Source of the DNA: Longivirga aurantiaca
GTDB lineage: Bacteria > Actinomycetota > Actinomycetes > S36-B12 > CAIYMF01
Direction: 5' to 3'
Length of the DNA stretch: 32,000 bases
NCBI RefSeq assembly: GCF_042660085.1
Contig: NZ_JBHSTI010000002.1
Span: forward strand, 600,001 to 632,000
Positions 18,436-25,701 of the stretch are shown here, one piece after another. Numbering within the stretch: the first letter of the stretch is position 1; the number at the start of each line of letters is the position of its first letter. Below the pieces are notes generated by a model that saw only the letters and a list, made by a program, of their open reading frames with translations, was not told the DNA's origin and made no database searches. The translations under genes were made by a program, and so were the position numbers.

Positions 18436-19401
18436 ATGCGGAGCCTCCGGTGGACGGTGCCCGTGGCTGCGGCCGGGCTGCTCCTGGCCGGCTGCGCCTC
18501 GGGGCCGTCGGCCCCCGCCGAGTCGTCCACGAGCGCGGCTGCCTCGTCGCCCGGGCCCCTGCTGCTCGGTCCGGTCGGCCTGGCGGACGTCGACGGCACC
18601 GCCTGGGTCGCCTGGTCCGCGAGCGGCGTCGTCACGTCGATCGACGCCGACGGGGTGCCGGGGGAACCGGTGCCCGTCGGCGACACCCCGCTGCGGATGG
18701 CGGTGCTCGACGGCTCGCTGTGGGTCACGACCATCGCCGACGGCCGGCTCACCGAGGTCGACCCCGCCACGGGCACCGTCGGGCGCAGCGTCGACATCGG
18801 CGATGAGCCCGAGGGGGTCGTCGCGTTCGACGGCCATCTGTTCGTCGTGCTGCAGAAGGAGGCGGCCCTCGTCGAGGTGGACCCGGCGAGCGGCGAGGTG
18901 GTGGCGCGGTACGACGTCGGGGGTGCTCCCCGGCTCGTGACCGGCGGGCTCGGCTCGCTGTTCGTCACCGACTTCGAGGGCGGTCGCATCGTGCGCGTCA
19001 CGCCGCGCACGGGCAAGGTCACCGCGTCGAAGGTGGCGTGCCCCGGGGCTCAGGACGTCGCGTACGTCGACGGCACGGTCTACGCGAGCTGCATGGACGA
19101 CGACGTCGTGCTCGGGCTCGACCCGGACAGCCTCGCCGAGGTGGCCCGGTTCGCCGTCCCCGGCGACCCGGACGGCCTCGCCGCGGGGGTCGCGGGCAGC
19201 CTGCTGGTCGGGCTGCAGGAGGGCCCGGGCGCGGTGTACGTCGACCTCGGATCGGGTGCGGTGTCGCCCCTGTTCGACGCCGACGCCGGTGGCCTGCGGG
19301 ACCGGTCGAACGTCGACGTGCTCCAGCTCGCCGGGTCGGCGCTCGTGAGCGACGCCCTCGCCGACGCCGTGGTCGTGCTCTCGGTCGAGGGCGCCGGCTG
19401 A
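18436..19401 (+). CDS. Secreted lipoprotein with beta-propeller-like repeats (YVTN/NHL-like)
   Basis: The signal peptide MRSLRWTVPVAAAGLLLAGC carries a lipobox (LLAGC). It is followed by about six or seven repeats of roughly 40 residues of the form DG.L(W/F)V....G.(L/I).(E/R)VDP..G.V. The track start at 18385 would give an atypically long signal peptide. Confidence 0.75.
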   Translation: MRSLRWTVPVAAAGLLLAGCASGPSAPAESSTSAAASSPGPLLLGPVGLADVDGTAWVAWSASGVVTSIDADGVPGEPVPVGDTPLRMAVLDGSLWVTTIADGRLTEVDPATGTVGRSVDIGDEPEGVVAFDGHLFVVLQKEAALVEVDPASGEVVARYDVGGAPRLVTGGLGSLFVTDFEGGRIVRVTPRTGKVTASKVACPGAQDVAYVDGTVYASCMDDDVVLGLDPDSLAEVARFAVPGDPDGLAAGVAGSLLVGLQEGPGAVYVDLGSGAVSPLFDADAGGLRDRSNVDVLQLAGSALVSDALADAVVVLSVEGAG

Positions 19402-19486
19402 GCGCGCTCGCCTGATCCTGCGGCAAGGTACGGGTGACCCAGCCATCGGGGGCTTCGACCACCTCGTCGGCGCCGAGAGCGCGGTC

Positions 19487-19502
19487 CTGAGGGCTTCCTC
19501 AG
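19487..19502 (-). terminator. Weak hairpin CTGAGG-gctt-CCTCAG overlapping the EAL gene stop codon
   Basis: 6-bp stem with a tetraloop and no U-tract, in the 97-bp convergent gap. Confidence 0.2.
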
Positions 19503-20815
19503 CGGTGCACGGCGGCAGGCATGGACATCGCAGGCGCGAGGTCGCGCGCCGGTCCGGGCCGCCCGAAGTGCCAGCCCTGGCCGTAGTCGACGCCGTGCCG
19601 GCGGAGGGTCTCCGCGTCGTCCTCGGTCTCGACCCCCTCGGCGACGACGGCGGCTCCCGCAGCGTGCCCGAACTCCACGAGGGAGTGCACGAGGGTCGCG
19701 AGCACGTCGTCGTGGGTGAGGCCGTCCACGATCGACCGGTCGAGCTTGATGACGTCCGGCTTGGTCAGCACGATGTGGCGCAGCGAGGAGAAGCCCGCGC
19801 CGACGTCGTCGATGGCCAGGCGCATCCCCTTGGCGCGCAACGGCTCGAGGCCGTAGGCGAGCGCGTCGTAGTCCTCCACCTGGTCGTGCTCGGAGAGCTC
19901 GAGCAGCACCCGCTCGGCGTCCACCCGCTCGAGGAGGTCGAGGGTCTGGGGGAGCAGCAGCGTGGCGGGGGAGACGTTCATCGCCACGTAGCCGCCGACC
20001 TCGTCGAGGTGGTCCGCCGCGCGCTCGAGGGCGAGGAGCTCGAGCCGGTGCCCGATGCCGATGCTGTGCGCCTGGGCGAAGCACATGTCCGGGGCGAGCT
20101 CCCACTCGGCGGGGAAGCGCGACAGCGCCTCGGCGCCCACGCGAGCGCCGTCCGACAGCCGCACGATGGGCTGCAGCACCACGACCGGTCCGCCCGAGCG
20201 CATCAGGGGCAGCAGCCGGCTCTCGATCTCGTCGCGGACGACCTGCTCGCGCAGCTCCGGCTCGAGGATCACCGAGGCCGCCCGGGCGAGCACCTCCATG
20301 AGGGCCTGGTCGCGCTTGGTCAGCCCCTTGTCGGCCGTGAGCCCGGCCGCGCAGAGGGTGCCGTAGAGCGTCCCGTCCGAGAGCGTGACCGGGACGGAGA
20401 CGTAGCTGCGGATCCGCGGCAGCCTCGCCGCGGGCAGCCCCATGGCCCGGGGGTGCCGCGTGACGTCGGTGATGACGTGCGGGAGGTCGCCGTCGAGGAT
20501 CGCCTGGCAGAACGACGTGGCTTGCACCTGGGTCGAGCCCTCGCGGAAGAGCAAGGCCGCCGGCCCGCTGGCCTCGACCACCTCGAGGTGCTGGGTGGTG
20601 CCGTCGAGGCGCGACAGGAACGCCACCGAGAGGCGCAGCGAGTCCTTGGCGGTCTCGAGCAGCTCGGCGATCTGCTGGGCGGTGTCGGTACGACGGTGTC
20701 GGGCCACGACTACTTGTCGGCCGAACCGGGTGTGTCCTGAACCCCTCGGACGGCCCCGCTGCGGTGACGCTCCGCAGTCCGATGGCTGAGGTGAGCGCTC
20801 CCACGGTGCGTTCAC
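19499..20815 (-). CDS. GAF-EAL cyclic-di-GMP phosphodiesterase
   Basis: The catalytic EAL signature set appears complete: AEALSRF, AMNVSP, LELSEHD, AIDDVGAGFSS, IKLDRSIV, AEGVETE and GQGWHFGRP. The N-terminus is GAF-like. GTG 20815 has GGAGG 5 nt upstream on the minus strand (plus-strand cctcc at 20821-20825). Confidence 0.87.
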   Translation of the reverse strand: MNAPWERSPQPSDCGASPQRGRPRGSGHTRFGRQVVVARHRRTDTAQQIAELLETAKDSLRLSVAFLSRLDGTTQHLEVVEASGPAALLFREGSTQVQATSFCQAILDGDLPHVITDVTRHPRAMGLPAARLPRIRSYVSVPVTLSDGTLYGTLCAAGLTADKGLTKRDQALMEVLARAASVILEPELREQVVRDEIESRLLPLMRSGGPVVVLQPIVRLSDGARVGAEALSRFPAEWELAPDMCFAQAHSIGIGHRLELLALERAADHLDEVGGYVAMNVSPATLLLPQTLDLLERVDAERVLLELSEHDQVEDYDALAYGLEPLRAKGMRLAIDDVGAGFSSLRHIVLTKPDVIKLDRSIVDGLTHDDVLATLVHSLVEFGHAAGAAVVAEGVETEDDAETLRRHGVDYGQGWHFGRPGPARDLAPAMSMPAAVHR

Positions 20816-20824
20816 GTGACCCTC

Positions 20825-20841
20825 CGTGCAACTCGTGCAAC
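20825..20841. repeat. Tandem CGTGCAAC repeat (9-bp period) overlapping the Shine-Dalgarno site of the EAL gene
   Basis: CGTGCAAC occurs at 20825-20832 and again at 20834-20841. Related GCAAC/TTGCAG copies occur at 20901-20911, 20917-20921 and 20924-20929. Confidence 0.6.
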
Positions 20842-20993
20842 GAGCATCACCGCAGGTCGTACAACCTTGAAGGACAAGGGATCGCGGAGTTCACACATAT
20901 GTTGCAGCAACGACTCGCAACACTTGCAGGGTGTGCGTTAGCGTCGCGTCAGCAGCCCGTCCGGGGGGGCGGTAGCTGATCGGGGAGGCTCTC

Positions 20994-21188
20994 ATGGATG
21001 CACGGATCGACCTCGGGCTCGACCACGAGCACGCGTTCTTCGCGCACGAGGACCCGCGGTACCTCATCTGCGCGTGCGGGCAGTACGCCGTCCGCACCCG
21101 CGACATGATCGGCCAGTCGTCGGTGCGTCTCATCGAACCGCCGCAGCCGGTGCTGCGGCTCGACACCAAGCTCGCCCAGTCGGCCTGA
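20994..21188 (+). CDS. Small hypothetical protein (64 aa)
   Basis: The ATG has GGGGAGG 6 nt upstream and third codon positions are strongly G/C. The sequence is MDARIDLGLDHEHAFFAHEDPRYLICACGQYAVRTRDM... No family recognised. Confidence 0.55.
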   Translation: MDARIDLGLDHEHAFFAHEDPRYLICACGQYAVRTRDMIGQSSVRLIEPPQPVLRLDTKLAQSA

Positions 21189-21464
21189 TCAGACCTCGGC
21201 GCGCGGGCCGCTCTTCGGGCGGCGCAGCCCGGCCGCGGTCAGGCGCGCCACGAGGTCGCGCGAGGTGACGAGCTCGGCGCCCGCCTCGAGCGCGAGCGGG
21301 TGCAGGTGCTCGGGGATGTCGTAGTGGTCGCGCTCGAACCCGCGCCGGGGCACGCCCAGGCCCTCGGCGAAGCTGTGGAGTTCGTCGTACGACACGTCGC
21401 TCACCATGTGGCCCCACCACCGCTCGCGGTGCCACCACTTCGGCGGGTCGATGAGGATGGCCAC
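21189..21464 (-). CDS. DUF4031 domain protein
   Basis: The last 91 aa of track ORF 21189..22967(-) read VAILIDPPKWWHRERWWGHMVSDVSYDELHSFAEGLGVPRRGFERDHYDIPE. This matches the DUF4031 pattern as I remember it. Start at GTG 21464; the rest of the track ORF is an out-of-frame overlap of the LCP gene. Confidence 0.8.
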   Translation of the reverse strand: MAILIDPPKWWHRERWWGHMVSDVSYDELHSFAEGLGVPRRGFERDHYDIPEHLHPLALEAGAELVTSRDLVARLTAAGLRRPKSGPRAEV

Positions 21465-21502
21465 CGGGGCAGCGTACGGGGAGCGGCCGGACGCAGAGGT
21501 CG

Positions 21503-22894
21503 TCAGCTGCAGAGGTCGTCGGCGGCGGTGCGCGGCTTGTCGGCCGTGGCCGAGGGCGACGCGCTCACGACCTTCACCTTCTGCGCCGCCGTGTACGCCG
21601 AGCCGACCGTGATCTCGAACGTCGGGCCGAAGCCCTTCACCGCCACGAGCTTCGCACCCGGGAGCGACGCGGCGAGGGTCTTCACCGACTCGCTCCACTC
21701 GGAGTCGTAGCGGATCACGGTGGTCTCGCCGACGGTCGCCGGTGCATTGGCCGGCGTGCCGACCACGACGAAGCCGACGGCCGCGAGGTCGGTCGCGGCC
21801 GTGGCGCCGAGGCCCTGCACGTCGGTGCCGTTGAGCACCTTCACCCTGATCGTGCCGGGCGCGACCGTGACGGACTTCGCCGGCTTGGGCGAGACGAGCG
21901 GCTTGTCGTCGCGGATGGCCGCGAAGAGCTCGGCCGACTTGACCTTGTCCCAGATCAGCACGTCGCCGAGTTCGGCGTCGCGGACGTTGCCCGAGATCGG
22001 CACGGTGGTCATCGCGATGCGGCCCGGGCTGATGCCCTTGAACCGGTCGACGAGGTCGAGCATCTGGTCGGTGCCGAGCGAGTCGTCGGTCTTCATGCTG
22101 CTCGCGACCGCGGACAGGAAGTTGTCGACGGTGACCGGGTTGGTCAGGGTGCCGGCCGAGAGCGCCTTGCTCGCCATCGCCGCGACGAACTTCTGCTGGC
22201 GCTTCATGCGGCCGATGTCGGCTGTCGGGTCGATGTAGCGGGCGCGGACGTAGGCGAGCGCCTGGGCGCCGTTCACCGTCTGCTTGCCCGCGGGCAGGTC
22301 GAGGCCGGAGTTCTTGTCGGTCGTGGCCCTGGGCAGGCAGACCTCGACGCCCCCGAGCGCGTCGACCATGGTGAGGAAGCCCTGGAAGTTGATCTCGGCG
22401 TAGTGGTCGATCGTGATGCCGGTCATCTTCTCGACCGTCTCGACCATGAGCTTCGGGCCGCCGACGGCGTACGCGACGTTGAGCTTGCCGGCCCTCGAGC
22501 TGTGCCGCTTGCCCTCGCTGTCGGTGAAGGCGGGGATGGTGGCGCGGGTGTCGCGCGGGAGCGAGACGACGCTGATGCTCTGCCCGTCGCCGGACAGGTG
22601 CACGAGCATCATCGTGTCGGTGTGCTGGCCGTAGTCGTCGTAGCCGAGGTGCAGGGCCTTGCGCTGCTGGTACGACAGCCCGGCGCGGTCGTCGCTCGCG
22701 ACGACCAGCATCGTCAGCGGCTCGCCGTCCTCGAGGGCGCCGCCCGAGGTGCCGGCGTCGACCCTGATGATCTGGTTGCCGTAGCGGTTGGCCGCGGCCC
22801 AGCCCGCCCCGCTCGTCAGCAGGATCGCGACGGACGCCACCGTCGCGGCGACCCGGAGGCCGCGGCGCGGGCGTGCGGTGGGAGCAGAGCTCAT
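21503..22894 (-). CDS. LytR-CpsA-Psr (LCP) family glycopolymer ligase with a LytR_C domain
   Basis: An N-terminal TM anchor is followed by the LCP core MLVVASDDR, HTDTMMLVHL, VVSLPRDT, KLNVAYAVGG and NFQGFLTMVDALGGVEV. The C-terminal LytR_C region reads IRVKVLNGTDVQGLGA...GF. Start at ATG 22894 (MSSAPTARPRR); the track start at 22993 is unlikely. Confidence 0.88.
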   Translation of the reverse strand: MSSAPTARPRRGLRVAATVASVAILLTSGAGWAAANRYGNQIIRVDAGTSGGALEDGEPLTMLVVASDDRAGLSYQQRKALHLGYDDYGQHTDTMMLVHLSGDGQSISVVSLPRDTRATIPAFTDSEGKRHSSRAGKLNVAYAVGGPKLMVETVEKMTGITIDHYAEINFQGFLTMVDALGGVEVCLPRATTDKNSGLDLPAGKQTVNGAQALAYVRARYIDPTADIGRMKRQQKFVAAMASKALSAGTLTNPVTVDNFLSAVASSMKTDDSLGTDQMLDLVDRFKGISPGRIAMTTVPISGNVRDAELGDVLIWDKVKSAELFAAIRDDKPLVSPKPAKSVTVAPGTIRVKVLNGTDVQGLGATAATDLAAVGFVVVGTPANAPATVGETTVIRYDSEWSESVKTLAASLPGAKLVAVKGFGPTFEITVGSAYTAAQKVKVVSASPSATADKPRTAADDLCS

Positions 22895-22977
22895 GCGGGG
22901 AAGTCCTCGTCCGATCGACAGGGCCTGACCACGGTACGACGCACGGGGGCCCGTGCCGGTGCCGCAACGCCGGGGTC

Positions 22978-23000
22978 GAGTGACGTGACTCACGTCGCTC
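22978..23000. promoter_or_regulatory. 23-bp dyad GAGtGACGTGA-c-TCACGTCgCTC (15-bp perfect core at 22982-22996)
   Basis: GACGTGA and TCACGTC are exact inverted repeats around C 22989, and the flanks extend the dyad with one mismatch. It lies in the LCP/GT2 divergent gap, just upstream of a TACGCT -10-like hexamer. Confidence 0.35.
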
Positions 23001-23010
23001 CGGCGCCCCC

Positions 23011-23016
23011 TACGCT
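23011..23016 (+). promoter_or_regulatory. Candidate -10 hexamer TACGCT for the GT2 gene (very short or no leader)
   Basis: TACGCT fits TANNNT and sits 9 nt upstream of ATG 23026, with no Shine-Dalgarno sequence in between. Confidence 0.25.
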
Positions 23017-23025
23017 CGTCCCGAC

Positions 23026-24033
23026 ATGAGCGAGCAGACCCCTCCGCCCCCCGGCGTCTCCATCGTGGTGCCCGTCCTCGACGAGGAACGGCACCTCGAG
23101 GACGCCGTCGCGCGCCTGCTCGGCCAGCGCTACGACGGCCCGCTCGAGGTCGTGCTCGCGCTCGGACCGAGCACCGACGGCACCGACGGGATCGCCGCGC
23201 GGCTCGCGGCCGCCGACCCGCGGCTGCGGCTCGTGCCCAACCCCACCGGACGCACCCCGGCCGGCCTCAACGCGGCCATCGCCGCATCGACGTACGACAT
23301 CGTGGTGCGCTGCGACGGCCACGCGCTCGTGCCGGACGACTACGTCGCGATCGCGGTCGAGGTGCTGCAGCGCACCGGTGCCGACAACGTCGGCGGGATG
23401 ATGGCGGCCGAGGGCACGACGCCGTTCGAGCGCGCGGTGGCTGCGGCGATGACGTCCCGGCTCGGTGTCGGATCGGCGTCGTTCCACACCGGCGGGCAGG
23501 AGGGCGAGGCGCTCACGGTCTACCTCGGGGCCTTCCGCCGCTCGGCGATCGACCGGGTCGGCGGCTACGACGAGACGATGGTCCGCGCGCAGGACTGGGA
23601 GATGAACCACCGGATCCGCGAGAGCGGCGGCCTCGTCTGGTTCACCCCGGGCATGCAGGTGACCTATCGCCCGCGCAGCACGGTGAAGGCGCTCGCCCGT
23701 CAGTACCTCGAGTACGGCCGGTGGCGGCGCGAGGTGGTGCGCCGCTACCCCGACACCCTCAGCATGCGCTACCTGGCCGCGCCGGTCGCGGTGGCGGGCG
23801 TGGCCGTGGGGACGGTGGCGGGCGTGGCCGCGGCGGCCGGTGCGCCGTCGTGGCTGGCGCTGGGCTGGCTCGCGCCCGCGGGCTACGCCGCGCTCGTGAC
23901 GGTGGGCGGCGCGGCCGCGGCCCGGCACGAGGGCGTCGCGGTGGCCGCGCGGATGCCGCTGGTGCTCGCGACGATGCACGGCTCGTGGGGGTTCGGGTTC
24001 CTCACGTCGCCGCGCGACGTCGCCTCTAGCTGA
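23026..24033 (+). CDS. Family 2 glycosyltransferase with C-terminal hydrophobic helices
   Basis: The N-terminus has a GT-A fold signature: VSIVVPVLDEERHLEDAV, GPSTDGTD, VRCDGH. The C-terminal roughly 90 aa are rich in hydrophobic Ala/Val/Gly stretches. Confidence 0.88.
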   Translation: MSEQTPPPPGVSIVVPVLDEERHLEDAVARLLGQRYDGPLEVVLALGPSTDGTDGIAARLAAADPRLRLVPNPTGRTPAGLNAAIAASTYDIVVRCDGHALVPDDYVAIAVEVLQRTGADNVGGMMAAEGTTPFERAVAAAMTSRLGVGSASFHTGGQEGEALTVYLGAFRRSAIDRVGGYDETMVRAQDWEMNHRIRESGGLVWFTPGMQVTYRPRSTVKALARQYLEYGRWRREVVRRYPDTLSMRYLAAPVAVAGVAVGTVAGVAAAAGAPSWLALGWLAPAGYAALVTVGGAAAARHEGVAVAARMPLVLATMHGSWGFGFLTSPRDVASS

Positions 24034-25489
24034 CGCAGACGTTCTCGTCCGCGGGCTTGGCGGTGACGCCCGAGCTGGGCGACCCGGAGCCCGACGACTT
24101 GATGACGACGGTCTGCGTGCCCGTCCAGTCCTTGCCGATGGTCAGCGTGAGGACGTTGCCGCTGCCCGTGGCTGTGCGCTCGCCGGCCTTGGCCGCGAAC
24201 GCCAGCGTGCGGGCGGACTCGTCGTACTTCGGGTCGTAGTCGACCGTGGTGACGTCGAGGATCTTCGGGGCGGTGGCCACGCCGACGACCACGAAGCCCT
24301 GCGCGGCGAGCTGCTCCGCGGCCACGCGTGCCTGGCCGTCGACCCCGCTGCCGTTGAGGACCTTGACCCGGACCGCGGACGGCGCCGTCGTGAGGACCGC
24401 GCCGTCGAGCTTGGAGGCGCCGGGCGGGTAGGCGGTGTCGTTGATCATCGACTGCCAGATCGGGTCGGCCTTGGCGTCGTTCCACTCGATCGTGGCGCCG
24501 TCGCTGCGCGCGACCCAGGGGACGGTGACGAACTTGACCTTGGACGGTGTGAGCCCCTGCATCGACACGGCCAGGCCCGTGAGGTCGTCGACGGTGCCGA
24601 GGCCGGTGTCGACGGTGAGCGACTCGGACACCGAGACGAGGACGGAGTACAGCGTGCCGGCATCGGTGAGCAGGCTCTTGGACTGCACCTGCCGGATGAG
24701 AGCCGAGAGGAACACCTGCTGGCGGTCGATGCGCGAGAGGTCGCTGCCGTCGCCGAGGGTCTTGCGCGCCCGGGCGAAGGCGAGCGCCTGGGTGCCGTCG
24801 AGCACGTGCGTGCCGGCGTCGAGCTTGAGGCCGGAGAGGGGGTCGTCGACGGCCTCGGCCAGGCAGATCGGCACGCCGCCGACGGAGTCGACGACGGCCT
24901 GGAAGCCCTTGAAGTCCACCACCACGAAGTGGTCGATGCGCACGTCGGTCAGCGCCTCGACCGCGCGGATGGTGCAGCTCGGGCCGCCGGCGGAGAACGC
25001 CTCGTTGAACCGTCCGGTGACCGTGCTGGTGTCGCCGTCCTTGCACGAGGGGCGGGTCACCCAGGAGTCGCGGGGGATGCTCACCGCGAGCGCGCGCGAC
25101 CGGTCGGCCGACACGTGCAGCAGGATCGTGGTGTCGCTGTGGCCGTTGCCCGACGCCGTGGTGCCCGGGTTGCCGAAGTCGTCGCCCTGGCCGGTGCGGG
25201 TGTCCGTGCCCATCACGAGGATGTTGAGCGGCTCGTACTCGGTGGGATCGGTCGGCGCGGGCTTGGTCGGGCGGTTGGTGCCGGCCTGGATCTCCTGCTT
25301 GTCGATGTTGTCGTTGATGCCCTGCAGGCCGGCCCAGGCGACCGTGCTGCCGAGCGTGGCGACGACGGTGACCGCGGAGGCGACGGCGACGGCGATGCGC
25401 ACGGTCCGGTGGCCGTGGGCGCCGGCGATGCGGGACGCCTGCACCGGACGCGGGGTCTCCGCGGGCGCGCCGTCGTCGGGGGTGCTCAC
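24026..25489 (-). CDS. LytR-CpsA-Psr (LCP) family glycopolymer ligase with a LytR_C domain (second paralogue)
   Basis: A TM anchor is followed by NILVMGTDTR, HSDTTILLHV, AVSIPRDS, RFNEAFSAGG and DFKGFQAVVDSVGGVPI. The LytR_C region reads VRVKVLNGSGVDGQARVAAEQLAAQGF. GTG start at 25489. Its 3' end overlaps the GT2 stop by 8 nt. Confidence 0.9.
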   Translation of the reverse strand: MSTPDDGAPAETPRPVQASRIAGAHGHRTVRIAVAVASAVTVVATLGSTVAWAGLQGINDNIDKQEIQAGTNRPTKPAPTDPTEYEPLNILVMGTDTRTGQGDDFGNPGTTASGNGHSDTTILLHVSADRSRALAVSIPRDSWVTRPSCKDGDTSTVTGRFNEAFSAGGPSCTIRAVEALTDVRIDHFVVVDFKGFQAVVDSVGGVPICLAEAVDDPLSGLKLDAGTHVLDGTQALAFARARKTLGDGSDLSRIDRQQVFLSALIRQVQSKSLLTDAGTLYSVLVSVSESLTVDTGLGTVDDLTGLAVSMQGLTPSKVKFVTVPWVARSDGATIEWNDAKADPIWQSMINDTAYPPGASKLDGAVLTTAPSAVRVKVLNGSGVDGQARVAAEQLAAQGFVVVGVATAPKILDVTTVDYDPKYDESARTLAFAAKAGERTATGSGNVLTLTIGKDWTGTQTVVIKSSGSGSPSSGVTAKPADENVCVS

Positions 25490-25495
25490 CCGGTG

Positions 25496-25501
25496 ATTCT
25501 A
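25496..25501 (-). promoter_or_regulatory. Candidate -10 hexamer TAGAAT for a leaderless LCP transcript
   Basis: Plus-strand attcta at 25496-25501 reads TAGAAT on the minus strand. It sits exactly 6 nt upstream of GTG 25489 with no Shine-Dalgarno sequence. Confidence 0.35.
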
Positions 25502-25701
25502 CGGGCGGTGTCGCGGGCGGACGTCCGGGAGCGGGTGCGTTCGGTTACCGGTCAGATTGCTACGAAAAGGGACAAAGCGGCCCGCTGAGTCCCATGAGGG
25601 CTCAAGAGTCACACGCATCACTCCGATGGGTGAAGCAGGAGGCGCGAGGAACAACCGACCGCGCGCCGCTGCCACCCCCGCCCCCACGGAGGCCCCCAGT
25701 C

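Noticed and set aside
20816-20993. c-di-GMP (GEMM) riboswitch upstream of the EAL phosphodiesterase gene.
   Set aside because: Neither strand shows the GGCAAACC or ACGCAAAGC-type conserved GEMM-I segments. The repeats present are short direct or dyad DNA-like motifs instead.
22978-23000. CRP/GlxR-type cAMP receptor protein site (TGTGA-N6-TCACA), considered because a cyclase is encoded nearby.
   Set aside because: The half-sites are CGTGA and TCACG separated by 1 nt, not 6. The spacing is incompatible with a CRP-family dimer.
25560-25700. Assignment of the hydrolase leader as a ydaO-type c-di-AMP riboswitch.
   Set aside because: Only loose resemblance to some conserved segments. I cannot find the strongly conserved CAGCUAAC-containing 3' segment or the pseudo-two-fold helices. 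It is kept only as a hypothesis to test with cmsearch, not as a feature.
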